From Pseudomonadota bacterium (GTDB taxonomy: Bacteria > Pseudomonadota > Gammaproteobacteria > Steroidobacterales > Steroidobacteraceae), in the NCBI GenBank assembly GCA_018261655.1, contig JAGTSG010000002.1, forward strand, positions 35,871 through 99,870: 64,000 nucleotides of DNA. Reading direction: 5' to 3'. Positions within the stretch are counted from its first letter, which is position 1. Each line of letters opens with the position of its first letter. Positions 8,012 through 17,454 of the stretch are shown one piece after another. The notes under the pieces are model-generated. The model was not told the DNA's origin. It made no database searches and saw only the letters and a list, made by a program, of their open reading frames with translations. Made by a program: the position numbers and the translations under genes.

Positions 8012-9060
8012 CGTACCGGCTGCCGCTGCGTGCTCCGCAGCGTCGCAATGTACCGCGCGACGTTGCCGTTGTGTTCGGCAAGCGTCCGGGCGAACAGGTG
8101 GCGTCCGTCGCCGCGGCCGGTGGCGACGAAGTAGAGCGCCTCGGTGTCGGCAGGGGCCGCGGCCGCGCGCAGCGCCTCGCGGCCGGGCAGCGCGATCGGC
8201 GTCGGCGGCAGCCCCGCACGGGTGTAGGTGTTGTAGGGCGTGTCGCGGTCCAGGTCCGCGCGGCGCAGGTTGCCGTCGAAGGTGTCGCCGAGGCCGTAGA
8301 TGACGGTCGGATCGGTCTGCAGCCGCATGCCGAGCCGCAGCCGGTTGGCGAACACTCCGGCGATGAGGGGACGCTCGTCCGGCGCGCCAGTCTCCTTCTC
8401 GATGATGGAGGCGAGGATCAGCGCCTCATAGGGAGAATCGAACGGCAGGTCGTCGAGCCGCGCCTCCCAGGCCGCGGCCAGTTCCCGCTCGAGCCTTGCG
8501 TGTGCCTGGCGCAGCAAGTCGACGTCGCGGGTCCCGCGCGGGAAGCGGTACGTGTCCGGGAACAGCATGCCTTCGACCGATCGTTCGCCGAGTCCGAGCG
8601 TCTCGCGCAGGGCCGGGTCGCCGGGGCCGCGCAGCACCGGCCGGATCGCAGGGTGCTGCTGGATGGCCGACAGGGCCTCACGGAAGGTCCAGCCTTCCGG
8701 AATGGTCAGCGCGTGCAGGAGGACACGGCCCGAGACGATCTGCTCGAGCAGCGATCGCGGTGTCGCACCGGGGGCGACCTCGAACTCGCCCGCACGGATC
8801 TGCCCGGCAACGCCCTGGCGACGGGCCAGCCGTACCCAGCTGCCGGGATGCTCGAGGAGACCCTGGTCGGCCAGGCGTACGGCCACCGTGCGCAGCGCGC
8901 TGCCCGGCTCCACCGTGACCACGCGCGGCACCTCGAGCCCGGCGATCGGCTGGTCGTTGCGGTGGTCGTCGAGCCAGCGCAGGCCGAGCCAGGACAGCGC
9001 CAGGACGGTGGCCGCGACGGTGACCGCCAGCGCAACGAGTTTCAGCGTGTCTCGAGCCAT
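8008..9060 (-). CDS. mltG: Endolytic murein transglycosylase MltG (YceG-like)
   Basis: N-terminal TM helix and the C-terminal signature DTPYNTYTRAGLPPTPIALPG. ATG at 9058-9060 (minus). Overlaps tmk by 4 nt. Confidence 0.9.
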   Translation of the reverse strand: MARDTLKLVALAVTVAATVLALSWLGLRWLDDHRNDQPIAGLEVPRVVTVEPGSALRTVAVRLADQGLLEHPGSWVRLARRQGVAGQIRAGEFEVAPGATPRSLLEQIVSGRVLLHALTIPEGWTFREALSAIQQHPAIRPVLRGPGDPALRETLGLGERSVEGMLFPDTYRFPRGTRDVDLLRQAHARLERELAAAWEARLDDLPFDSPYEALILASIIEKETGAPDERPLIAGVFANRLRLGMRLQTDPTVIYGLGDTFDGNLRRADLDRDTPYNTYTRAGLPPTPIALPGREALRAAAAPADTEALYFVATGRGDGRHLFARTLAEHNGNVARYIATLRSTQRQPVR

Positions 9061-9129
9061 GCCATACCGGGACTGCCGCCGATGGTGAGGATCCGGACCC
9101 ACGCGCGCCGTGCCCCGGCGCGGAGCCGT

Positions 9130-10374
9130 TCAACGCAGGGCGCGAAGGACCAGCGTCCCGTTGGTGCCGCCGAAGCCGAAGGAGTTCGACACGGCCACCT
9201 CGATCGGCATCGGCCGGGCCGTGTGCGGCACGAAGTCGAGGTCGCAGCCCTCGTCGGGATTGTCGAGGTTGATGGTCGGCGGCGCCACCTGGTCGCGGAT
9301 CGCCAGCATGCAGAAGATGGCCTCCGCGACGCCGGCCGCGCCCAGCAGGTGGCCGGTCATGGACTTGGTGGAACTGACGGCGAGCCGGCGCGCATGGTCG
9401 CCGAAGGCGCGCTTGATCGCGTTGGTCTCGGCGAGGTCGCCCAGCACCGTCGAGGTCGCGTGCGCATTGATGTACTGCACCTCCTCCGGGTTGCAGCCGG
9501 CGTCGCGCAGGGCGTTCTGCATGGACCGGCGCGCGCCGTCGCCGTCCTCGGGCGGTGCGGTGATGTGGTGCGCGTCGCCGCTCATGCCGAAGCCGACGAC
9601 CTCCGCGTAGATGTTGGCGCCGCGGGCCCGGGCATGCTCGTACTCTTCCAGCACCACCGCCCCGGCCCCGTCAGCCATCACGAAACCATCGCGGTCGCGA
9701 TCCCACGGCCGGCTCGCCTGATGGGGGGCGTCGTTGCGGGTGGAGACCGCCTTCGCCTGGCAGAAGGCGCCGACCGCCAGCGGCGTCTGGGCCATCTCCG
9801 CCCCGCCGGTCACCATGACGTCGGCGTCGCCATACTGGATGGTGCGCATGCCGATGCCGATCGCGTGGGTCGAGGTCGTGCACGCCGTGACCACCGCGAG
9901 GTTCGGCCCATGGATGTTGTACTGGATGGACAGGTGCCCCGAGATCATGTTGATGATGCTCGAGGGGATGAACAACGGCGAGATCTTGCGGTGCGAGTGC
10001 CCTTCGAGGTACCTGGCGGTGTTTTCCTCGATGGTGGCCAGGCCGCCGATGCCGGCGCCGAAGACCAGTCCCGTCCGCTCGCGGTTGCCCTCGTCGAACT
10101 CGAGACCCGAATCCCGTATGGCCTGGATGCCTGCCGCGACGCCGTACTGCATGAACGGGTCCATGCGCTTGGCGTCCTTCGGCGCCAGGTACTGCGCGGC
10201 GTCGAAGTCGCGCAGGCCGCCGATGAAGTGAACGGGAAAGCTGCTCGCGTCGAACTTCGTGATCGGGCCGATGCCGCTCTGGCCCGCGAGGATGGCGTCC
10301 CAGGCAGAAGGCACCGTGCAGCCGACCGGAGACAGCAGGCCGAGACCCGTGACGACGACGCGACGCTTGCTCAA
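9130..10374 (-). CDS. fabF: Beta-ketoacyl-ACP synthase II
   Basis: Active-site Cys in [13 protein letters not shown], then HATSTVLGD and [12 protein letters not shown]. Confidence 0.95.
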   Translation of the reverse strand: MSKRRVVVTGLGLLSPVGCTVPSAWDAILAGQSGIGPITKFDASSFPVHFIGGLRDFDAAQYLAPKDAKRMDPFMQYGVAAGIQAIRDSGLEFDEGNRERTGLVFGAGIGGLATIEENTARYLEGHSHRKISPLFIPSSIINMISGHLSIQYNIHGPNLAVVTACTTSTHAIGIGMRTIQYGDADVMVTGGAEMAQTPLAVGAFCQAKAVSTRNDAPHQASRPWDRDRDGFVMADGAGAVVLEEYEHARARGANIYAEVVGFGMSGDAHHITAPPEDGDGARRSMQNALRDAGCNPEEVQYINAHATSTVLGDLAETNAIKRAFGDHARRLAVSSTKSMTGHLLGAAGVAEAIFCMLAIRDQVAPPTINLDNPDEGCDLDFVPHTARPMPIEVAVSNSFGFGGTNGTLVLRALR

Positions 10375-10416
10375 TGCCCTACCTCAGCCGGCCCGCTCCC
10401 CGGGTGACGGACGTGC

Positions 10417-10450
10417 GACGGGCCCCGGCCAACCCTGGCCGGGGCCCGTC
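10417..10450 (-). other. GC-rich stem-loop between acpP and fabF
   Basis: Perfect 14-bp stem GACGGGCCCCGGCC / GGCCGGGGCCCGTC with a 6-nt loop and no U tract. It could be a partial terminator or a processing or stability element. Confidence 0.5.
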
Positions 10451-10461
10451 GGCGATTCGAA

Positions 10462-10704
10462 TCAGGACTTGGACTGGTGCTCGACGATGTAGTCGATTGC
10501 CTGCTGAACCGTGGTGATCTTCTCGGCATCCTCGTCGGGGATCTCCGTTTCGAACTCCTCCTCGAGCGCCATCACCAGCTCGACGGTGTCCAGCGAGTCG
10601 GCCCCCAGATCGTCCACGAAAGAGGCGTCGTTCGTGACTTCCTCTTCCTTCACGCCGAGCTGCTCGGCGACGATCTTCTTCACCCGTTCTTCTACTGTGC
10701 TCAT
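10462..10704 (-). CDS. acpP: Acyl carrier protein
   Basis: [12 protein letters not shown] ... [19 protein letters not shown], the phosphopantetheine Ser motif. Confidence 0.97.
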   Translation of the reverse strand: MSTVEERVKKIVAEQLGVKEEEVTNDASFVDDLGADSLDTVELVMALEEEFETEIPDEDAEKITTVQQAIDYIVEHQSKS

Positions 10705-10862
10705 CTTGGATGGTGTCCTGTGATTTTCTGGGGTCCCGGCGCGGCCCGGAGCCGCAACAGGGGGCGCCATTCTAAGTAAAGCGGCCAGCCACCGCTACAT
10801 GCCCAGCCACCCGGGGCGGCAGATTGTTTAAAAATTAGGCACTTAGGCGGCAAACTGCAGGC

Positions 10863-11618
10863 TCAGGGCATGTGCATGCCGCCATTGACGTTGAGCGTCT
10901 CACCCGTGATCCAGCCGGCCCTGTCGGAAGCCAGGAACCCGACGGCTGCGGCGACGTCCTCCGGGGTGCCCAGCCGCCCGAGCGGGATCTGCGCGGCCAG
11001 CGCCTGGCGCTGCTCCTCGGCGAGCGCCCGGGTCATGTCGGTGTCGATGAACCCGGGCGCCACGACGTTGGCGGTGATGCCGCGTGAGCCGACCTCCCGC
11101 GCCAGCGACCGGGTGAACCCGATGATCCCGGCCTTCGCCGCGCTGTAGTTCGCCTGGCCGGCATTCCCGATGAGACCGACGACCGAGGCGATGTTGATGA
11201 TCCGCCCCCTCCGCGCCTTCATCATGCCGCGCAGGACGCCCTTGCACAGCCGGAAGACCCCGGCCAGGTTCGTGTTCATCACCGCGTCCCACTCGTCCTG
11301 TTTCATGCGCAGCAGCAGGTTGTCACGGGTGATGCCCGCATTGTTGACCAGGATTCCGATCGTTCCCTCACGCGCCTCGACGTTGCGCAACGCGTCCTCG
11401 CACTGGGCGGGGTCGGACACGTTGAGCACGATGCCTCTGCCGGGCGAAGGCTGGGTGGACAGCCACGCATCGATCGAGGCCGCGCCCTCCTGGCTGGTCG
11501 CGGTCCCGACCACCGTGGCGCCCATGCCGGCCAGCTCGAGTGCGATGGCGCGACCGATGCCGCGGGACGCGCCCGTGACCAGCGCCACCTGCCCCGCAAG
11601 GCTGCCTTGCTGCGTCAT
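10863..11618 (-). CDS. fabG: 3-oxoacyl-ACP reductase
   Basis: SDR motifs VTGASRGIGRAIA, NNAG and YSAAKAG, in fab cluster context. Confidence 0.95.
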   Translation of the reverse strand: MTQQGSLAGQVALVTGASRGIGRAIALELAGMGATVVGTATSQEGAASIDAWLSTQPSPGRGIVLNVSDPAQCEDALRNVEAREGTIGILVNNAGITRDNLLLRMKQDEWDAVMNTNLAGVFRLCKGVLRGMMKARRGRIINIASVVGLIGNAGQANYSAAKAGIIGFTRSLAREVGSRGITANVVAPGFIDTDMTRALAEEQRQALAAQIPLGRLGTPEDVAAAVGFLASDRAGWITGETLNVNGGMHMP

Positions 11619-12562
11619 ACGTCACCTCCTGAGAGTCCGGCGAGCGCCTGGTCGAGAGACTCGGCGCTGTCGAGCGTGAAGACCGCCAGTCCGCGCCCGC
11701 CCTCGGCGCGCCGCACCAGTCCGGCGAGGACTTTCCCGGGACCGGCCTCGACCACGTGCGTCGTGCCGGCGGCGATCATGTTCCCGACGATCGAGGACCA
11801 GCGGACCGGGTTGAACAACTGCCGGTAGAGCCCGTCCCGGACGGCCGCCGGCGAGTCATGCCAGCCTGCATCGAAGGCGTGGACCGGAACTTCCGGCGCG
11901 CGAATCTCCACCTGCGCCAGTCTCTCGCGGAAACGGCCGGCGGCCTCGCGCATCAGCGGGCTGTGCGAAGGGACCGAGACCGGCAGCGGGACCACACGCT
12001 TCGCGCCGCGCGACTGGCACGCTTGCGCGGCGCGCCCGACGGCCGCCGCGTGACCGGCGATGACCACTTGCCCGGGCGAGTTGTAGTTGACGGCGACGAC
12101 CACCTCACCCTGCGCCGCCTCGGCACAGGCCGCCTCGACCTGCTCGTCCGCCAGGCCCAGCACGGCAGCCATCGCGCCGGCGCCCTGCGGAACCGCCTGC
12201 TGCATCACCCGGCCGCGGAACTGCACCAGCGCCACGGCGTCGGAGAAGCCGATCGAGCCGGCACAGACCAGCGCAGTGATCTCGCCGAGGCTGTGTCCGG
12301 CCATCACCGCTGGATCGCCGCCGCCCCGCGCCTGCCACGCGCGCCAGGCCGCCACGCCGGCCGACAGCAGCGCCGGCTGCGTGCGCTCGGTCTCGTTCAG
12401 TGCGGACTCGGGGCCCGACTGGCAGAGTTGCCAGAGGTCGTAGCCCAGGATCGCGCCCGCCTCGGCAAACGTCTCCCGCACCACCGGCGCGGCGGCCGCG
12501 AGCGAGGCGAGCATCCCGACGGACTGCGAACCCTGCCCGGGAAAAACGAAGGCTGCCTTCAC
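11615..12562 (-). CDS. fabD: Malonyl-CoA:ACP transacylase
   Basis: FVFPGQGSQ and GHSLGE motifs. GTG start at 12562 gives about 315 aa. Confidence 0.9.
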   Translation of the reverse strand: MKAAFVFPGQGSQSVGMLASLAAAAPVVRETFAEAGAILGYDLWQLCQSGPESALNETERTQPALLSAGVAAWRAWQARGGGDPAVMAGHSLGEITALVCAGSIGFSDAVALVQFRGRVMQQAVPQGAGAMAAVLGLADEQVEAACAEAAQGEVVVAVNYNSPGQVVIAGHAAAVGRAAQACQSRGAKRVVPLPVSVPSHSPLMREAAGRFRERLAQVEIRAPEVPVHAFDAGWHDSPAAVRDGLYRQLFNPVRWSSIVGNMIAAGTTHVVEAGPGKVLAGLVRRAEGGRGLAVFTLDSAESLDQALAGLSGGDV

Positions 12563-12720
12563 GAGCGCTTCTCCCACTGGAAACCGGCGACGATTATAGG
12601 GGTTATCACCGACCCGACCGACGGATCCTAGACCTGCCGGAACCCGGGGTGCCTCGGGGTGGTCTGGTATCATGACCGTTCATTCAGCCCTGCCGCCGAC
12701 GGCAGGCCATGGAGTTTTGA

Positions 12721-13158
12721 ATGGCCACACTCTCCCGCTCCCAGCGCGGCTTCACCCTGATCGAGATCATGGTCGTCATGGTCATCATCGCCATCCTTGC
12801 CGCCCTGATCGGGCCACAGATCCTCGGCCGCGTCGACGAGGCGCGCGTGACCAAGGCACAGGCCGACATCCGCACGCTCGGCACCTCGCTCGACCTGTAC
12901 CGGATGGACAATTTCCAGTACCCGACGACCGACCAGGGCCTCAAGGCGCTGGTCACCAAGCCCGACGATCCTTCGGCCAAGAACTGGAAGCCGGGGGGCT
13001 ACGTGCAGAAGCTCAGCAAGGATCCCTGGGGCAACGACTACCAGTACGTGTTCCCGGGCACGCGCGGCGGGGCCTACGACCTGTATTCCTTCGGCGCGGA
13101 CGGCCAGCTGGGCGGCGAGGACACCGACGCCGACATCGGCAACTGGAACGTGGAGTGA
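12721..13158 (+). CDS. gspG: Type II secretion major pseudopilin GspG
   Basis: Prepilin leader and cleavage motif QRGFTLIEIMVV. GspG core ...DIRTLGTSLDLYRMDNFQYPT ... DPWGNDYQY. Confidence 0.95.
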   Translation: MATLSRSQRGFTLIEIMVVMVIIAILAALIGPQILGRVDEARVTKAQADIRTLGTSLDLYRMDNFQYPTTDQGLKALVTKPDDPSAKNWKPGGYVQKLSKDPWGNDYQYVFPGTRGGAYDLYSFGADGQLGGEDTDADIGNWNVE

Positions 13159-13176
13159 GCCACGGACGGGCGTGAC

Positions 13177-13713
13177 GTGCCGGGTCCGCTCAAAACCGTG
13201 GCGGTCCGTTCGCACGGCTTTTCACTGATCGAGATCCTCGTCGTCGTGGTCATCCTGGGGCTGATGGCGGCGGTGATGACCGTGGCCGTCGGCGCGCTCG
13301 GCGGCGACAGCGAGATCGAGGACGAGGGCTCGCGCCTCGTGGATGTGTTCGCGGTCGCGATCGAGCAGGCAGAACTCGAGGGCCGGGACTACGGACTCAG
13401 GCTCGACCCGGCCGGATACGAAGTCATGGTCTTCGACGGGCGCCGGGGGTGGATCAACGCGGGCGGCGAACGCTGGTTCGAACGTCACGATTTCCCCTCC
13501 GGCATCGCCGTTTCCCTCGAATCAGAGGGGCGCCGGGTACTGCTGCGTGAGCCCGGGATGCCGGAGACGCGCCTTCCCCAGGTCGTCACCTTCGCGAGCG
13601 GCGACGTGACGCCGTACCGGCTCACCCTGACGCGGACCGGCAGCGGATCGACCCTGCGCATCGACGGCACATTCGACGGTACGGTCGAGGTTTCGCGCGA
13701 TGACAAGGGCTGA
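13177..13713 (+). CDS. gspH: Type II secretion minor pseudopilin GspH
   Basis: HGFSLIEILVVVVILG prepilin motif and position after gspG. GTG start. Confidence 0.8.
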   Translation: MPGPLKTVAVRSHGFSLIEILVVVVILGLMAAVMTVAVGALGGDSEIEDEGSRLVDVFAVAIEQAELEGRDYGLRLDPAGYEVMVFDGRRGWINAGGERWFERHDFPSGIAVSLESEGRRVLLREPGMPETRLPQVVTFASGDVTPYRLTLTRTGSGSTLRIDGTFDGTVEVSRDDKG

Positions 13714-14242
13714 TCACCGGCAGGCCGGCTTCACGCTGATCGAGGTGGTCGTCGCCGTCGCGATCGTGGCGCTCGGCATGATGGCCGTGTTCCGCGTCGT
13801 GCACGACACGATCAACAACACGGCTCACCTGCGTGACCGCAGCTTCGCCACCTGGATCGCCGACAACCAGCTGGCGGAGGTCAGGCTCGGAACGGAACTG
13901 CCGTCCGTGGACGAGACCGAGGGCGAGGTCGAATTCGCCAACCAGTCCTGGCGCTGGCAGGTCACCGTCTCGCAGACCCCCGTCAGCGACCTGCGCCGCA
14001 TCGACGTGCGGGTCGGGCGCGCGACCGACGAGGAAGGCGCCTTCCTCGCCGAGGTGAGCGGTTTTGCCGGCGCGGTCGTGATGGACACGCCGCCATCCGG
14101 CACGCTCTGGACCGGCAGCGAGGGCCCGCCGGGTGACGGCAACGGTGACGGCGACGAGGACGGGGACGGAGACGGACAGGCGCCGCCGCGGAACCAGCGC
14201 CCGGGCACGCCGGGAAACCAGACCGGCGGGGAGCCGCCATGA
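13700..14242 (+). CDS. gspI: Type II secretion minor pseudopilin GspI with a roughly 55-aa acidic Gly/Asp/Pro-rich C-terminal extension
   Basis: QAGFTLIEVVVAVAIVALGMMA prepilin motif and gene order. Tail PPGDGNGDGDEDGDGDGQAPPRNQRPGTPGNQTGGEPP. Confidence 0.8.
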   Translation: MTRADHRQAGFTLIEVVVAVAIVALGMMAVFRVVHDTINNTAHLRDRSFATWIADNQLAEVRLGTELPSVDETEGEVEFANQSWRWQVTVSQTPVSDLRRIDVRVGRATDEEGAFLAEVSGFAGAVVMDTPPSGTLWTGSEGPPGDGNGDGDEDGDGDGQAPPRNQRPGTPGNQTGGEPP

Positions 14243-14850
14243 TGCGGCGACTGCGGGGATTCACGCTGATCGAGGTGCTGGTCGCCACCGTGATCCTGGC
14301 GATCCTGTCGATCATGGCGCATCGGGGCGTGGCCGAGACCCGCCTCGCAGTGGAACGCACGCGCGGGCACATGGAGCGCGTCCGTGAGGTGCAGCGGGCG
14401 GTCACGCTGATGACGGCCGACTTCCGGCAGCTGGCGCCGCGCCCGGTCCGCGCGCTGGTCGGCGACGGCTACCGCCCGGCGCTCGAGCGCGATCCCAACG
14501 CCATCAACCTGGTCGAGATGTCGCGCGACGGCTGGCCGAACACCATCGGTGCCCCGCGCGGCACGGTGCAGCGGGTGCTCTACCTGGTCGAGGAAGACAA
14601 GCTCATCCGGCGGCACTGGCAGGTCACGGACGCGACGCTCGCCAACGAACCCGTCTCGCGTGAGCTGCTGAGCGGCGTCGAGCAGGTGCGGATCCGTTAC
14701 ATGAACGGCGGGCGTGAGTGGCAGGAGCAGTGGCCGCCGCTCGGCATGCCCGCACCGATCGCCCTGCGCGCGCGACCCCTCGCCGTCGAGTTCGTCATCG
14801 TGCTGGCCGACTATGGCGAGATCCGCCGCGTCATCGAGGTGCCGGGATGA
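14239..14850 (+). CDS. gspJ: Type II secretion minor pseudopilin GspJ
   Basis: LRGFTLIEVLVATVILA prepilin motif. ATGA overlap with gspI. Confidence 0.8.
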   Translation: MMRRLRGFTLIEVLVATVILAILSIMAHRGVAETRLAVERTRGHMERVREVQRAVTLMTADFRQLAPRPVRALVGDGYRPALERDPNAINLVEMSRDGWPNTIGAPRGTVQRVLYLVEEDKLIRRHWQVTDATLANEPVSRELLSGVEQVRIRYMNGGREWQEQWPPLGMPAPIALRARPLAVEFVIVLADYGEIRRVIEVPG

Positions 14851-15770
14851 GGCAGCGTGGCGTCGCCCTGATCACGGCGGTCGTTCTCGTCGCCATCGCG
14901 ACCGTGCTGGCGGCGCGCGTGGGCACGGACGCAGCGATCGACCTGCACCGCACGGCCGGCATCGCCGCCCTCAACCAGGGCTGGCAGGTCGCGCTGGGAG
15001 CGGAGGCCTGGGCTGCGCAGATCCTCAACGAGGACATCCGGGACACGCAGGTGGACGACCTGTCGGAGAACTGGGCCCGGCCGGTGCCGCCCCTGCCGAT
15101 CGACGGCGGCAGCATCGAGGGTACGGTCGAGGACATGCAGGGCCGCTTCAACCTGAACAACCTGCTCAAGGCGGACGGCAGCGCCGACGAGGTCAACATT
15201 GCGCGTTTCCGGCGCCTGCTGCGGCTGGCGGACGTCGACGAACGCTGGGCTGGCGCGCTGGCCGACTGGCTCGATGCGGACACCGTGGACACGTTTCCGG
15301 ACGGTGCCGAGGACGGCGTCTACATCGGCCAGTCGCCTCCCTACCGGACCGCCAACGGACCGATCACCACGACGACCGAGCTGCTGGCCCTGCCCGGCTT
15401 CACGCTCGAGGACTATGCCCGCGTCCGGCCCCACGTGGCCGCGCTGCCGGCGGGAAGCCGCATCAATGTCTGCACCGCGACACCGCTCGTGCTTGCGGCC
15501 CTCGTCGAGGGCGCGACGGACTTCGGCGACGCCGAGGCCCTGGCCCGCAATCGCCAGGAGGGATGCTTTCCGCGGCTCGAGGACCTGCGGGCGACGCTCG
15601 ACCAGGAGCAATTCACTGCGTTGCAGACCGCGGTTTCCGAAAATACCAACTGGTTTCGCCTGGTCGCAATCGTCAGTATTGGCACCTCGCAGCTCACCCT
15701 GTACAGTCTGCTCGAACGCAACAATGCCGGCGGTGTCCGTGCGGTCGTGCGTTCGATTGGAACCGAGTGA
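14847..15770 (+). CDS. gspK: Type II secretion minor pseudopilin GspK
   Basis: MRQRGVALITAVVLVAIATVLA N-terminus and GspK-like body. ATGA overlap with the gspJ stop. Confidence 0.8.
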   Translation: MRQRGVALITAVVLVAIATVLAARVGTDAAIDLHRTAGIAALNQGWQVALGAEAWAAQILNEDIRDTQVDDLSENWARPVPPLPIDGGSIEGTVEDMQGRFNLNNLLKADGSADEVNIARFRRLLRLADVDERWAGALADWLDADTVDTFPDGAEDGVYIGQSPPYRTANGPITTTTELLALPGFTLEDYARVRPHVAALPAGSRINVCTATPLVLAALVEGATDFGDAEALARNRQEGCFPRLEDLRATLDQEQFTALQTAVSENTNWFRLVAIVSIGTSQLTLYSLLERNNAGGVRAVVRSIGTE

Positions 15771-15773
15771 TCC

Positions 15774-16985
15774 ATGACGCAGATTCTCGTTCTGCGGCTC
15801 AGTGAGCCGGCCTCCTGGGTGGTCGTCGACGCCAGTGGCGCGCGGCTCGGCCCGGTCGCGACCGGCAGCCTCGCGGATGCCGCCCCCCTCGCCGCCGAAC
15901 GCCGGGTCATCGCGCTGGCGCCGGGTGCCGACATCGCGCTTGCACAACCCGAGCTCCCGGTCCGAAGCGGCTCGCGCCTCGCGCAGGTGGTCCCCTTCGC
16001 ACTCGAGGAACACCTCGCGGGTGACGTCGAGTCCTTCCACTTCGCGCTGGGCAAGTCGGGAGACGACGGCCGGACACCCGTGGCCGCGGTCGAGAAATCC
16101 CGCCTCGAGTCCTGGCTGAAGCGCCTCGATGAAGCCGGCCTCGTCGCGGAGGCCTTGTTTGCGGAAACGCAGTGCCTGCCTGCCAACCCTGGCAAGATCG
16201 TCGCCGTCGTGGATGGCGGACAGTTGCTGGTCCAGGAGCCGGGCCGGATGCCGGTCGCGCTGGATGCCGAGCCACTCACCGAGGCCTTTGCGCTTGCCGG
16301 GCTCGAGGGCGAGGACAGGCACGTGCAGATGTACGTGTCCCAGGAGGACTGGGACAAGTGCGAGGAAATGATCGAGGCGCTGCGCGAGGTCGCCGGCACG
16401 CTGGACGTGCAGCTTCTCCCCGACGGGCCGCTGCCGCTGTTTGCGAGCGTGGCCGTTGCCAGTCCTCCTCTGTCGCTGCTCTCCGGTGCCTATGCGCCGA
16501 AGACCGGCTGGCAGGCACAGTGGCGGAGGTGGCGCGTCGCAGCCGGCCTCGCGGCGGCGCTGCTCGTGGTGCACGTCGGGACGCAGGTGTTCGACCTGGT
16601 CACGCTCGGTCTGGAGGAAAAGCGACTGGACGCGTCGATGTCCGAGACGTTCCAGGTGGCCATGCCGGGCGTCGAGCAGACCGCCGACCCGCGCCAGCAG
16701 ATGCAGCAGCGCCTGGGAGGCTCCGGGGGACTCGATGCCGCCGGCCTGCTGGGGCGCCTCGACGGCTTGTCGCAGGCGTTCACGGCCGTGCCCGGTGCGC
16801 GGATAGAGTCCATGTCGTGGCGTGACCAGCGACTCGACATGCGCCTCTCGGCTCCCTCCGGCGATGCGCTCTCGGAGCTGTCGCGGGCGGCCGGCCAGCA
16901 GGGCCTGAACTTCGACGTCCAGTCCACCATGCCGCGCGAGGGACGCGTCGATGGCGTGGTGTCGATCGCGGCGGGGTCGTCATGA
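15774..16985 (+). CDS. gspL: Type II secretion inner-membrane protein GspL
   Basis: About 400 aa, with a cytoplasmic actin-like N-domain (VVPFALEEHLAGDVESFHFAL) and a single mid TM. Gene order supports the call. Confidence 0.8.
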   Translation: MTQILVLRLSEPASWVVVDASGARLGPVATGSLADAAPLAAERRVIALAPGADIALAQPELPVRSGSRLAQVVPFALEEHLAGDVESFHFALGKSGDDGRTPVAAVEKSRLESWLKRLDEAGLVAEALFAETQCLPANPGKIVAVVDGGQLLVQEPGRMPVALDAEPLTEAFALAGLEGEDRHVQMYVSQEDWDKCEEMIEALREVAGTLDVQLLPDGPLPLFASVAVASPPLSLLSGAYAPKTGWQAQWRRWRVAAGLAAALLVVHVGTQVFDLVTLGLEEKRLDASMSETFQVAMPGVEQTADPRQQMQQRLGGSGGLDAAGLLGRLDGLSQAFTAVPGARIESMSWRDQRLDMRLSAPSGDALSELSRAAGQQGLNFDVQSTMPREGRVDGVVSIAAGSS

Positions 16986-17449
16986 AGCTCGTCAACTGGT
17001 ACCGATCGCTCACGGAGCGTGACCGCAGGACGGTGCTCTACGGTGGCATCGTCGCGGCCATCCTGCTGCTGGTCGGCGGGTTGTGGACGCTCGGGGCAGC
17101 GACGGACGCTACCCGGGAGCGCGTGGCCACCAAGCGCTCGGACCTGGCGTGGATGCAGGCCGTGGCACCGCGACTGCGGTCGATGCCGGCCGTCAACCCG
17201 GACGAGCCGCTGCCCCTGCTGGTAGATCGCACGGCGCGTGATGCAGGGCTGTCGGGTGTGGTCAAGTCGACGGATCCGTCGGATCGCGGGGGCCTGCGTG
17301 TGCGACTGGAGGGCGCCCCCTTCGACGCCACGGTCATCTGGCTGGCCCGGCTGCAGCAAGAGCGGGGCCTGGTCGTCGAGTTCGCCACCTTCGAAGGCAC
17401 CGGGACCGAAGGCCTGGTCAACGCGCTGCTGATCTTCCGGGGCGCCTGA
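16982..17449 (+). CDS. gspM: Type II secretion protein GspM
   Basis: 155 aa with an N-terminal TM helix. Overlaps gspL by 4 nt and follows it in the usual order. Confidence 0.75.
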   Translation: MKLVNWYRSLTERDRRTVLYGGIVAAILLLVGGLWTLGAATDATRERVATKRSDLAWMQAVAPRLRSMPAVNPDEPLPLLVDRTARDAGLSGVVKSTDPSDRGGLRVRLEGAPFDATVIWLARLQQERGLVVEFATFEGTGTEGLVNALLIFRGA

Positions 17450-17454
17450 GCACG

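Noticed and set aside
8071-10407. 778-aa plus-strand ORF across mltG and fabF. Similar very long ORFs lie at 14811-16574, 18857-21061, 21942-24062, 24758-26572, 38443-40563, 45666-47687, 52973-54838, 54079-55908, 56798-58933 and 61202-62929.
   Set aside because: All are antisense to genes with unmistakable family motifs. Their translations are Arg/Pro/Gly/Ala-rich with no recognisable domains. These are classic stop-codon-poor shadow frames of a roughly 70% GC genome.
14132-14179. Short GACGG-type repeats that might suggest a repeat array or CRISPR-like structure.
   Set aside because: The units are 3-6 nt and degenerate. They are in frame and code for the Asp/Gly tail of GspI. No spacers or longer repeats are present, and there are no cas genes.
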